Assembly: GCA_963715985.1 (NCBI GenBank)
Contig: CAVQSP010000014.1
Location: 512,001 to 576,000 of the forward strand
Direction: 5' to 3'
Length of the DNA stretch: 64,000 nucleotides
DNA from: an uncultured Thermoleophilia bacterium
Lineage (GTDB): Bacteria > Actinomycetota > Thermoleophilia > UBA2241
Shown here: piece by piece, positions 10,379 through 20,695 of the stretch
How positions within the stretch are numbered: the stretch's first letter is position 1
How the letters are laid out: each line of letters starts with the position of its first letter
Made by a program: the position numbers and the translations under genes
Notes under the pieces: generated by a model
Seen by the model: only the letters and a program-made list of their open reading frames with translations
The model's database searches: none
What the model was told of the DNA's origin: nothing

Positions 10379-10434
10379 GGGCTTAGCTCGCGGCGGGACC
10401 GCCGCGCGAAAACCACAAGTACGGAGGGGTAGAG

Positions 10435-11673
10435 ATGCGCTACTGCACGCTCAAAATCCTGGTCATCACCGCTGTCCTGGCCGTGAGCGGCCTCGCCGTG
10501 ATCGCCTGCGGCTCGGGCTCCGGGTCCACCGGCGCCCGGGACGAGACCGGCGCGGCGTCGCCGGCGCCGGCGGCCACCGGCGAGCCGCTCAAGATCGGCT
10601 TCGACGAGGGCTTCACCGGCTTCATGGCCATGGACGCAAGCCTGGCCGAGCAGGGCATCCTCACGGCCATCGACATGGTCGGCGGGCAGTGGATGGGCCG
10701 GCCCATCGAGTACTTCAAGGCCGACAACGGTTCAGACCCGGTGCAGGCCGTGGACAAGGCCCGGCAGCTGGTGGAGAGCGACGGCATCCAGTACATGGCC
10801 GGGCCCATCTTCTCGCCGGCCACCGCGGCCGTCACGGACTACCTGGCCAAGGCCGGCGGCATCCCGCAGTGCTCCATCGTGGGGCAGCCGAGCGACAACC
10901 TGAAGACGGCCAACGGCCTGGCCTTCATGCCGAACGGGCTGTACAGCTCCCAGGGCTACTACTTCGGCAAGTACGCCGCCGAGCAGCTCGGATACAAGAC
11001 GGCCAACTGCATCAACTACGAGGACACCGCCGCGCGTCAGCTGCAGGCGGGCTTCGAGAAGGGGTTCGCCGAGGGCGGCGGCAAGGTGCTGAGCACGCAG
11101 TACGTGCCCATCGACACCGTCGACTTCAGCTCGTACCTCACCACCCTCAAGGGCGCCGACTGCACCTACTTCTGGGTGTTCGGCAACGGCGCCGCGCCGT
11201 TCGTGAAGCAGTACAACGACTACGGCCTCACGGCGCCGCTCATCGCCCCGATGTCGAACAACTTCAGCGAGCAACAGCTGGCCGACCTGGGCGAGCTCGG
11301 CCTGGGCATGGTGGCCTGCGACTTCTACTCGCCGGAGGTCCAGAACGACCTCAACACCAAGTTCGTCGAGGCGTACAAGGCCAAATGGGACGGCGCCTAC
11401 CCGCCACCCCAAGCGTTCGGCGGCTGGCAGGCCGTGGAGCTCTTCCTGCAGGGCGTCAAGGCGACGAGCGGCGACACCACTCCGGCAGCCCTCATCGAGG
11501 CGATGTCGACGATCACGCTCGACACGCCCGCCGGCAGCGTGACCATGGAGCCGTACCAGACCGCCTTCACGCCGGTCCGGGACTGGTACATCCTCGAGAC
11601 GCAGAAGGTCGGCGACCGCATCGCCTGGGTGCCGATCTACACGTACGAGCAGGTGCAGCTCAACGAGAAGTGA
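10435..11673 (+). CDS. Second LivK-type substrate-binding lipoprotein, close paralog of 3956-5188
   Basis: Lipobox VIA-C; long identical stretches shared with the first copy. Confidence 0.9.
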   Translation: MRYCTLKILVITAVLAVSGLAVIACGSGSGSTGARDETGAASPAPAATGEPLKIGFDEGFTGFMAMDASLAEQGILTAIDMVGGQWMGRPIEYFKADNGSDPVQAVDKARQLVESDGIQYMAGPIFSPATAAVTDYLAKAGGIPQCSIVGQPSDNLKTANGLAFMPNGLYSSQGYYFGKYAAEQLGYKTANCINYEDTAARQLQAGFEKGFAEGGGKVLSTQYVPIDTVDFSSYLTTLKGADCTYFWVFGNGAAPFVKQYNDYGLTAPLIAPMSNNFSEQQLADLGELGLGMVACDFYSPEVQNDLNTKFVEAYKAKWDGAYPPPQAFGGWQAVELFLQGVKATSGDTTPAALIEAMSTITLDTPAGSVTMEPYQTAFTPVRDWYILETQKVGDRIAWVPIYTYEQVQLNEK

Positions 11674-11717
11674 CGGCGCTCGCGAGGCTCGCACTCGGGT
11701 ACGACCGACCAGGAGTG

Positions 11718-11754
11718 CCGGGGGCCTCACGACGCTGCGTCGTGAGGCCCCCGG
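11718..11754. terminator. Long GC hairpin after the second binding-protein gene
   Basis: CCGGGGGCCTCACGACGC-T-GCGTCGTGAGGCCCCCGG. Confidence 0.5.
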
Positions 11755-11829
11755 GCGTCGCATGCCGGGGCGTCGTGGCGGCGCCCACAGTCGCCGGGTC
11801 AGCCCGGCCGGCAGGAGAGGACCGCTGAG

Positions 11830-12279
11830 ATGGCAGAAGGCAAGTACGACAAGTACGTGATCGATGACCCCAAGCTCGTCACGGAGCTTGCCCACCACGA
11901 CTTCACCGACGTGTCGGGCATCACCTTCCCGGACGAGGTCTTCATCGACAGGGACCTCGCCGGCGAGTCGAACCAGTGGCTCGACATCATGTGGATCTGG
12001 GACGAGCCGACCCCGCCGGACCTGCTCGGCGCTCACGTGCATCCATTCGACGAGATCGTGCTGCTGATCGGCTCGAACGCGCGCGATACGAAGGACTTCG
12101 GCGGCTCGCAGATCGACTGGTGGATGGGCGAGGGCGACGAGGCCGAGTACTTCCGCATCGAGAGGACGACAGCCATCTACGTGCCCAAGGGTCTTGTGCA
12201 TGGCCCCATGAAGTTCCCGCGGATCGTCGCGCCGGTGCTCAACGTGGTCATCGGGCTGAACAGCGGGGACTACGCCTGA
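11830..12279 (+). CDS. Uncharacterised cupin-fold protein
   Basis: Cupin motif 1 'AHVHPFDE' and motif 2 'IYVPKGLVHGP'; GAGAGGA RBS. Confidence 0.75.
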   Translation: MAEGKYDKYVIDDPKLVTELAHHDFTDVSGITFPDEVFIDRDLAGESNQWLDIMWIWDEPTPPDLLGAHVHPFDEIVLLIGSNARDTKDFGGSQIDWWMGEGDEAEYFRIERTTAIYVPKGLVHGPMKFPRIVAPVLNVVIGLNSGDYA

Positions 12280-12349
12280 CGGGTGGCTGGGGCCGGGACC
12301 TGAGAGGTCGTGGCGGCCCTGGGCGAAGCGCCCCGCGGTCGCCGCGACC

Positions 12350-12968
12350 GCGCGACTACGAGAAGCTGGCCTCCGCGTGGGACCGCTACCACAGGGACTT
12401 CCTCCCCGATGTGCAGGCGGACCCTCTGCTGCCCGGACGCCCCTTCGACCTCCTGGGCGGCCGCTTCCTCAGCTGGCCGGGGCACGGGGTGGAAGACGAT
12501 ACCCCGTGGCAGTACGTCGAGGCAGAGTACATGAAGGCGGAGGACTACGACGCCTTGATCGCCGACCCTTCAGGCTACTTCATGCGGTCCCTCCTGCCGC
12601 GCATCGCCGAGGGCTTCGAGCCGTTCGCCGGCCTCGACCCGTTCACGGACTTCCTCGAGGCGGTGAACCTGCCGTTCAACATCATCCCGTTCGCGGAGCC
12701 GGGCTTCCTCGAGGGGATGAAGAGGCTCGCGGCGGCCGCGACGGCGGCCGTCGAGTATCTCGAAGCGGTCACGGCCATGGGCGCCCGCGTCACGGCTCGC
12801 CTCGGCCTGCCGACGCTCACCTCCGGGATGGTCAAGGCGCCCTATGACATCCTTGCCGACACCCTGAGGGGCACACGGGGCATCGCCACGGACCGCTACC
12901 GGCGGCCCCACGAATGCGGTGGCGGGCGGCTCCCCTCGCGGCTGGGGGAGCCGCCCGCCACCGTGTAG
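12350..12968 (+). pseudogene. Internal fragment of a uroporphyrinogen decarboxylase / cobamide methyltransferase family gene
   Basis: 'SWPGHG...QYVEAEYMKAEDYDALIADPS...APYDILADTLRGTRGIATDRYRRP'; no clear start, and the C-terminal half is missing. Confidence 0.65.
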
Positions 12969-12973
12969 TCGGG

Positions 12974-15584
12974 TCAGACCTGCCGTGCGTCCGGCAGCCG
13001 CTCCACCTCGATGAGGCAGGTGTTGCACGCCATGCCCGGCGAGGTGGGCGTGATGAAGCGCTTGGACGTGAGCATGTTGATGCAGCCGGCGAGGTCGGGG
13101 GAGTGGCCCGGCTCGCCGGACGGCCGGTAGTCGGCGCACGACTCGTAGGAGTGCGCCGTGCCCGGCCGCACGCGCTCGGTGACGTACGCGGCGAGGATCA
13201 CCTCGCCGCGCTCGTTGAAGGCGCGCACGAGGTCGCCGTGGGCGACGCCGCGCGCCTCCGCGTCCTCCGTGCTGAGGCGGATGATCCAGTAGCGCCGGCC
13301 GTCGTCCTTGAGCAGGCGGTGCTCCTCGATGTCGTCGGCCCACCCGTCTTTGCCGTCCCCGTGCGTGTGGAAGCTGAAGCGCGGGTGGGGCGAGAGGAGC
13401 TGCAGCGGGAAGCGCTCTGTGAGGTGCGTGGTGTGGTGCCCCTCCCAGCTCTCGATGTACTGCGGGCCCATGGCGGGGCGCTCCTCGTCCACCACGTCGC
13501 CGGAGGCGTAGAAGCGGGTGAGGCTGGAGCTGACGAACTCGATCTTGCCGGTGGTGGTCTGCAGGCCCTTGCCGCCGACCGTGTCCCACGGCGGCGGGCC
13601 CCAGTCGGGCGTGTCCCGCTTGCGGTCCTCGGCGAACCAGCGCAGCGCCGGCGTGTACGGCTTGTCCTCGGGCACGGGCACCACGTAGTAGCCCTTCTCG
13701 CGGAAGTCGTCCCACGAGATGTGCTGCGGCATGTCGCTGGCGTCGAAGATGCGCTTGACCCAGTCCAGCTCGGTCATGCCGCCGTCGGTGTAGATGTCGC
13801 CGATGCCCATCTTCGCCAGCGAGCAGGGCGAAGATCTCGTAGTCGGACCTGGACTCGCCGAGCGGCTCCACGCACTTCTGCTGCAGGACGATGATGCGGT
13901 GGTTCACCTGCTCGAACTTGTGCGTGCCGTAGCCGGAGGCGTGCGCCCAGTCACCGATGTCCCAGCGCTCGAAGTTGGTGCAGGCGGGCAGCACGATGTC
14001 GGCGAAGCGCGTCTCGCCCTCCATCCAGATGGACTGGTTCACGACGAAGGGGATCTCGCCCTCGCGGTAGGCGGTCACGTAGCGGTTGGTCTCGGTCATG
14101 GTGCCGAAGAAGGAACCACCGTACCGGTAGTACATCTCCACGTGCGGGTAGCCCGGCGCCGGGTACTTGTACTCGGGGAACTGCGCCTCGATGGACGAGC
14201 CGCAGAAGCCTTTGCCGTTCCAGCGCAGCTCTTCGTGCCGCATGGCCTCCGGGATGCGCAGGCGCGGCACGGTCTGCCCCTCGGTGGAGTGCTGCGGGTT
14301 GCTGATGAAGCCGCCGTCCGGCCACATGCGGCTGGCCAGCTTCTTGCCCGCGGCCGTGCCGGCGACGTCGCCGGAGATGCCGCCCTCGGCGTAGCCGGGG
14401 AAGAAGAAGTCGGCGTCGAACGGCACGCCGCTGGTGGTGGACCAGAGGTTGCTGCCCGGCTTGCCGAGGCCCTGCATGGCGACGAGGGCGATCATGGCGC
14501 GCGCCCACTCGTTGCCGCTGGAGGCGCGGCAGGCGCCGCCCCAGCCGCCCTGGCCGCCCGCGGCGAGCATGGTCTTCCTGCGGCCCCAGCGGCGGGCCAG
14601 GGCGCGGATCTGGCGGGCGGGGACGCCCGACTCCTCCTCGGCCCAGGCGGGCGTCTTGGGCAGCCCGTCGCTCTCGCCGAGCACGTACGCCTTCCACTCG
14701 TCGAACCCGTGCGTGTGCGTGGCCACGTACTCCGTGTCGTAGGTGCCCTCGGTGAGCCAGGTGTGGGCGATGGCGAGGGCCAGCGCCACGTCGGTGCCCA
14801 GGCGCGGCGCCAGCCACTTGCCGCCTATCAGGGCCGCCGTGTGGTTGTGGTAGGGGTCGATGAACACCATCTCCACGCCGAGCTGCTTGAGCCAGTCGCG
14901 GCGGGAGGTGCTCTCGAAGGAGGCGTAGACGCCGCCGGTGGTCTCGGGGTCCGATGACCAGAACACCATCATCTCGGTGTGCTTGAGCGCGTCCTCGAGG
15001 AGGTCGTACTGCTCGGGGATGCCGAGGCGGTGGCTGAAGCCCCACATGTGGGCGCCGCCCCACTGCCAGCCCTCCCAGCTGTCCGGGTTGTGCTCGCCGT
15101 AGGTGTAACCGACCAGGTTCATGAAGCGGTTGTAGGCGCTGAAGCGGTAGCCGACGTTGCCCCACAGGTGGTGCGAGCCGGGGGTCGTGAGCATGCCCGC
15201 CGGACCGACCTCGCGCTTGATGCGCACGATCTCGGCGGCCACGATGTCGAGGGCCTCGTCCCAGCTGATGGGCTCGTAGCCGGACTCGCCGCGCTTGTGC
15301 GTGTTGCGCGCCCCGTCGGGGTCGAAGTCGACCCGCTTGAGGGGCGTGAGGATGCGCGAGGGCGAGTAGATGGTGGCGCGGTGCGCCACGGTCCACGGGG
15401 AGAGCGTGGTCTTGCGCGGGGGCGAGAACGAGCGCCCGCGCGCCTCGATCTTCCACGAGGGCGCATCGTCGTCGTCGAGCTGCAGAGGGATGATGCGCTG
15501 GATGCGTCCGCCGGCCACGTCGACGTGGACGGGGCCGCCGGTGGTGAGGCTGGTCAGTCGCCTGACGGGCTGCGTGGCGTGCAT
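12974..15584 (-). CDS. athL: Pyrogallol-phloroglucinol transhydroxylase alpha-subunit homolog (Mo-bisPGD); frameshift near 13816
   Basis: 'TGGPVHVDV', 'SHHLWGNVGYR', Ser-ligand motif 'NPDSWEGW', 'FPGYAEGGISGD', 'GLQTTTGKIEF', 'SPHPRFSFH'; no Tat signal and no N-terminal FeS motif. Confidence 0.88.
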
Positions 15585-15804
15585 GCTCGGGTCACCGTCC
15601 GTGTGGGTTGGATGCAGTCGGAGTCTACCGGAACGGGCGGTCCGTTGCACGGTACGGAGCGCAGCCCCAGCCTCGGGAGAGCCGCCCGCGCGGGCCCGTG
15701 TCAGGGCTGTGACCGCGGCCGCGAAGAGGCCGGCCCGCGGCGCCTGAGACGGCGGCGCCGCGGGCCGGCCGGGGGTCAGCCGTGACGATCGCGCAGGCCG
15801 GCGC

Positions 15805-18012
15805 TCAGGCCTTTCCGTAGGTCGGCACGGTGCCGTAGTTCTCGCGTGTGGAACACCTCGTCCTGCATGTCCTCGTCGGCGGCCTTGTAGACCTTGCAGA
15901 TGAGGCAGGTCATGTCGGGCGACCCGTACATGGGGTCGAGGTGGTCGTTGCTGGTCAGCACGTTGGGGTTCGAGATGAACACACCGTGGTACCCCTTGGC
16001 CGGCTCCTCCGGATAGAACCAGTTGGCGGTGCACATGATCATGTCCTTCTTGATGCCCGCGAAGGCGTGCAGCTTCTGGCGGATGCGGCCGCGCTGCGTC
16101 TCGATCCAGATGATGTCGCCGTCCTCCACACCGTACTTCTCGCAGGTCTCCGGGTGCATCTGGCACTGCGGGAACTCCATGTAGCTGCGCAGCCAGGGGA
16201 TGTTGCGGTACTGGCCGAGGAAGTAGAAGGGCTGGCGGAAGCCGGTGCTCAGGAGGAGCGGGTACTCCTTGAACAGCTCCGGCGTGCTGACCGGGCTCTC
16301 GCCCGGCTCGCGGAACACCGGCAGCGGGTCGTACCCGAGCGACTCGAGGTGGTTCGACTTGAACTCGAACTTCTTGCTCGGGGTGGGGAACCCGCCACCC
16401 TCGTGCCAGTAGTCGGTCTTGTACTTGTAGTACACCTGGTCGGGCCCCATGCAGCCGCTGATGAGGTTCTTGCTGAAGTCCTTCCAGGTCATGGTGCCGT
16501 TCATGCCCTTGCGGACCTGGTAGTCGAGCAGCGAGGGGACGTCCTCGAACCACTTGTCGGGCACGACGCGCTTGCCGACCTCGTTGAAGATCCAGGCGTC
16601 GGCCTTGCGCCTCGCCGGGCGGGTCGATGACCTTGTTGTGCGCCTCGATCATGAACCGCGGGTGCATGTCGTACACGTCGTCGAGCTCGAGCCAGTGGGC
16701 GGCCGGCAGCACGATGTCGGCCGCCTCCGCCATCGGCCCCATGAAGAGGTCGGTGTGCGACATGAACTCGACCTTCTCGATGGCCGCGACGACCTCTTTG
16801 GTGTTGGCCATGTGCACGATCTGCTGCCCGCCGACGCTGAACCAGACCTTGACCGGGCTCTTGCCGTCGTTGATGGCCTTGACCATCGTGTCGGGATTGC
16901 ACGTGCGGGCGGCGCCCATCTTGTACGTGTCGCCGCCGATGATCTTGCTCGCCATCTCCGGGGTGATCGGCAGCTCCAGGAAGAAGTCCTCGATGAGGCC
17001 GGTCTCCGGCAGGACCCAGGTGATCATGCTGCCCGGCCGCTCGATGTTGCCCGCCAAGCCCATGAGGCAGGTGATGGCGCGCAGCGTGTGGCCGCAGTTG
17101 GCCTGGCGCTCGAGGGAGCTGCCGACCTGGATGCAGCCCGGCGTGTCGACGGCCCACATCTCGGCTGCCGTCGTCACGTGCTCCTTGGGGATCCAGCAGA
17201 TGTCGGAGACCTTCTCCGGAGTGAAGTCCTTGACGCGCTCGCGGAGCTCGTCGAACCCGAACGTCCAGTCCTCGACGAACTCCTTGTCCCAGAGCTCCTG
17301 CTCGATGATGTGGTTCATCATCCCCATGGCCAGGGCGCAGTCGGTGCCCACGCGCGGCTGGATCCAGAGCGAGGCCCGCGAGGCATACGCCGTGGCTCGC
17401 GGGTCGATGATGATGAGGTTCTTGCAGTAGTCGAGCGAGTTGATGAACCAGTAGGCCATCTCGGAGTCGGCGCTGCTGATCTCCAGCTGCTTGGCCCACA
17501 TGATCTGGGTCTTGGGGAACTCGCCGCCCCAACCGTGGTAGTCGCAGTACAGGCGGCCGTAGCCCGTCACGAGGCCGTAGAGCCCGAGCCGCGGGCTGTG
17601 ACACACGTAGCCGGGCGTGATGGCGTTGCCTGTGCCGAGCGAGCGCGCCATCTTCATGGTGTAGCGGTTATAGCCGCGGCCCGGTGCCCTGTGAGATGGC
17701 GATGGTGTGCGGGCCCGGGTCGGCGATCGCCGCCTTCATCTTCTCGGCGATCGTGTCGAGCGCCTCGTCCCAGCTGATGCGCTCCCACTTGCCCTCGCCC
17801 TTCTTGCCGACCTGCTTCATCGGGTGCTTGATGCGATACGGGTTGTCGATGTGCTGGATGCTCGAGAGGCCCTTGGAGCACATCGTGCCGTTGGTGGTCG
17901 AGTCCGGATTGCCTTGGATGTGGACGATCACGCCGTCTTCGACGGTGACGATGACGCCGCAGCCGCCGTGACAGCTCTTGCACGTCGTGAGGATCTGCTT
18001 GCGCTCAGCCAT
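15805..18012 (-). CDS. Mo/W-bisPGD oxidoreductase catalytic subunit, acetylene hydratase / catechol dehydroxylase-related; frameshifts near 17680, 16610 and 15840
   Basis: FS0 motif 'CKSCHGGC...C', probable Cys ligand in 'GYVC', 'ADIVLPAAHWLE', 'TPSKKFEF', 'GESPVSTPELFKEYPL'; no Tat signal. Confidence 0.82.
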
Positions 18013-18046
18013 TGTCTCCCTTTTCCGACAGGCCCGGAGGCCGGCC

Positions 18047-19024
18047 TCACGCGACCTTTGGAAGGACGGACCGGTAGATCCCGACCTTGAGGACGGAGTA
18101 CTTCAGGGCGAACGCCCCGATCGTGTGGCAGACGATCGCCACGACCAGCAGCGACTCGGTGCTTGTCGTCTCGCCCATGAACAGCGTCGCGAACGAGATG
18201 ACCAGCGGAGTGACGATGCCGAGGATCACGAGCAGGATCCAGAACACCCAGGCGGTGCTTCCCTTGATCAGGTCCTGCGCGGCGAGCTCGGCGGTCGAGT
18301 GCTTGCGGTAGGCGCGGACCAGGTAGCCGGCGATCAGCAGGGCGTTGACGATGAGGAGGATGCGGCTCCAGGACTCCAGTGTGTCGATGGCCACGTCCTT
18401 GCCTGTCATCAGGCTCACGCCCATGGTGAGGGCCAGACCGTCGGCGATGCCCATGATGACGAACACGATGGGCAGCAGGCCGGTGTTCCAGAAGGGGAGG
18501 CTCTTGCAGTAGCTCATGGCGAAGCCGCAGTACACGCCGGTGAGGACGATGAACACGCCGGCGACGATGCCGACGATCCAGGCGAGCACCGTGACGACGT
18601 CTGCAGCCGAGGCGCTGAGGTCGACCCAGTGCAGCAGGTACCACAGGACGATCTGCAGGAAGCCGGTGGCCGCGAACACGATCGAGAAGAACATCCCCCT
18701 GGCGAACCACGAGGTCTTCCAGGCCTTCGTGAACGGGGGGATCGCGCGCCAGAAGTTGCGCTTTCTGCCGAGGTACAGGAAGTGCAGCGGCAGCTTGAAG
18801 AGCATGATCAGCGCCCAGCCGAGCACGGTGGCCCACCAGGCGCCGGTGGTGATCCCCCAGATCCCGGCGATCAGGCCCACGAGGTACGTGCCCATGCCGA
18901 GCGCGGAGAAGACCTCGGCGAGCCACACGAGGATGCCCTTGCCGGAGATCCACTCCTTCTGGCGCATGGGCTTGACCATCCACTCGTGGGTGGTGATCCA
19001 CTGGCGGCGGGTCTGCGCCTTCAT
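18047..19024 (-). CDS. nrfD: NrfD/PsrC-family membrane anchor (quinone-interacting)
   Basis: About 8 hydrophobic segments; 'RQKEW', 'HFLYLGR', 'TSWFARG', 'YCGFAM...PFWN'. Confidence 0.82.
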   Translation of the reverse strand: MKAQTRRQWITTHEWMVKPMRQKEWISGKGILVWLAEVFSALGMGTYLVGLIAGIWGITTGAWWATVLGWALIMLFKLPLHFLYLGRKRNFWRAIPPFTKAWKTSWFARGMFFSIVFAATGFLQIVLWYLLHWVDLSASAADVVTVLAWIVGIVAGVFIVLTGVYCGFAMSYCKSLPFWNTGLLPIVFVIMGIADGLALTMGVSLMTGKDVAIDTLESWSRILLIVNALLIAGYLVRAYRKHSTAELAAQDLIKGSTAWVFWILLVILGIVTPLVISFATLFMGETTSTESLLVVAIVCHTIGAFALKYSVLKVGIYRSVLPKVA

Positions 19025-19812
19025 GACGTCACCTCCGCCTCATCCTTGTCGTGGCCGTGGATGCGCCGGTACGCGTCGCGGTCGACGGTGCTCAGGTGCT
19101 GGATGTGACTGCCCGTCTGCGCCTCACGCGGCGCGCTGTTGGACGGCGCACCGCCCAGCCTGTAGTCGATGTAGTACACCGAGGGATCGGTGGCGTACTC
19201 CGTGCGCAGCTGAAAGCCGATGCGGTCGCGGATGAGCCGCGAGACGTTGCTGTCCGGGTCGTCGAGATCGCCGAAGGTGAGAGCCCGCGCCTGGCACGTG
19301 TTGACGCACGCGGGGGTGGCGTCGCGGTCGATGCCGGGCCACAGCCCCTTGGACATCCCGTCGTCGATGCGCTCCGCGCAGAAGTTGCACTTCTCGGTGG
19401 TCCCCCGCTGGTGCGGGTAGAGCTCCTTGCCCTTCTTCTCGAAGCGGGTCTTCTCGTAGCCGGGGAAGTAGCCCGGGTCCTTGTCCTTGGAGAGGAAGGT
19501 GCGGTTCTGGTATGGGCAGGCGATCACGCAGTACCGGCAGCCGATGCATTTGTTCGAGTCGATGACGACGATGCCGTCCTCGCGCTGGTGCGACGCCTCC
19601 GTGGGGCACACGTGCACGCACGGGGCATCGGCACACTGGTTGCAGCGCACCGGGTACGTGCTGACGTCCACGGCGCCGTCCTCGTCCACCTCATAGGCGA
19701 TGAGCTTGACCCAGGTGATGTGAAGCGGCAGGAAGTGCTCGATCCTGCAGGCGGCGACGCAGGCGTGGCAGCGCATGCACTTCGCCAGGTTGATGACCAT
19801 TCCCCATCTCAT
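19021..19812 (-). CDS. NrfC/DmsB-type four-cluster Fe-S subunit
   Basis: CMRCHACVAAC, CNQCADAPCVHVCP, CIGCRYCVIACPY, KCNFC...PACVNTC. Confidence 0.9.
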   Translation of the reverse strand: MRWGMVINLAKCMRCHACVAACRIEHFLPLHITWVKLIAYEVDEDGAVDVSTYPVRCNQCADAPCVHVCPTEASHQREDGIVVIDSNKCIGCRYCVIACPYQNRTFLSKDKDPGYFPGYEKTRFEKKGKELYPHQRGTTEKCNFCAERIDDGMSKGLWPGIDRDATPACVNTCQARALTFGDLDDPDSNVSRLIRDRIGFQLRTEYATDPSVYYIDYRLGGAPSNSAPREAQTGSHIQHLSTVDRDAYRRIHGHDKDEAEVTS

Positions 19813-19876
19813 CGGCGTTCTCCTGTTCGCCGGCGGACTGGTCCCGCGTCAGGGGGCGCGACGGCGACGCGGTCTC

Positions 19877-20693
19877 CTATCGCGCAAGGGGGATGTCTCC
19901 CAGGCTCACGTCGTTCTCGGTGCTGACTTCGCGGCTGGCGCGGCGCGAACCCCTCCGCGCTGATGGTGAGCGCGTACGTGCCCTCCTCGAGCCCGGTGAT
20001 CCAGAAGTCGCCGAACGCGTCGGTCGCGACGGTGACGGCCTCGCCGCCCCCGGCGGGGGTCGCGGTGCACACGGCGCCGGTCACGACCTCCTTCTCGACC
20101 GGGTCGTACACCGTGCCGGCGATGAACCTCTTCGGCACGTTGAGGTAGTAGACGCGTGGCTTCGTGCCGAGCTCCGGCTTCCTGACCTCGGCCTTGGCGA
20201 TGAGCTCGGCGAACTCGCTCTCCTCGCCGAACTTGAGCGCTGCGGTCGGGCACGAGTCGACGCAGCGCGGCACGTCCCACTCACCGCTGTCCAGCAGGTG
20301 CGCACAGCCGGTGCACTTCTGCGCCAGGTTGAGGTCGTCGTTGAAGTAGATGGAGCCGTACGGGCAGGAGTCGACGCAGGCCTTGCAGCCGGTGCAGAGG
20401 TCGGTGTCGATGATGACGAGGCCGTCGTCGCGCTTGTACATCGCGCCTTCCACCTTGCAGGACGCCATGCAGGGCGCGTCGTCGCAGTGGTTGCAGTGGT
20501 TGGCGACGTAGTGCATGCGCACCTGGGGCACCTGGCCGCAGATGTACTCGTCCACGCGCATCCAGAACTGGCCGCTGTCCGGCTGGGGCTTGGCGATGGG
20601 AGCCCAGTCGTTGCCGACGTGCTCGTCCTTGCAGGCGAACTGGCAGCCGAAGCAGCCGTTGCAGACGCCGACGTCTACGATGAATGCCTTCAT
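19877..20693 (-). CDS. Transhydroxylase beta-subunit-like Fe-S protein with C-terminal beta-sandwich; frameshift near 19945
   Basis: 'CNGCFGCQFACKDEHVGNDW...QPDSGQFWM', 'KCTGCAHLLD...PRCVDSCPT', 'TDAFGDFW'. Confidence 0.85.
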
Positions 20694-20695
20694 GG

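Noticed and set aside
12570-17657. 1695-aa ORF suggesting a giant double Mo-enzyme fusion
   Set aside because: A frameshift near 16610 carries the frame through non-protein-like sequence into the separate athL gene starting at 15584
15805-18012. True acetylene hydratase
   Set aside because: The catalytic Asp position in the FeS motif is His, and the gene is linked to redox partner subunits
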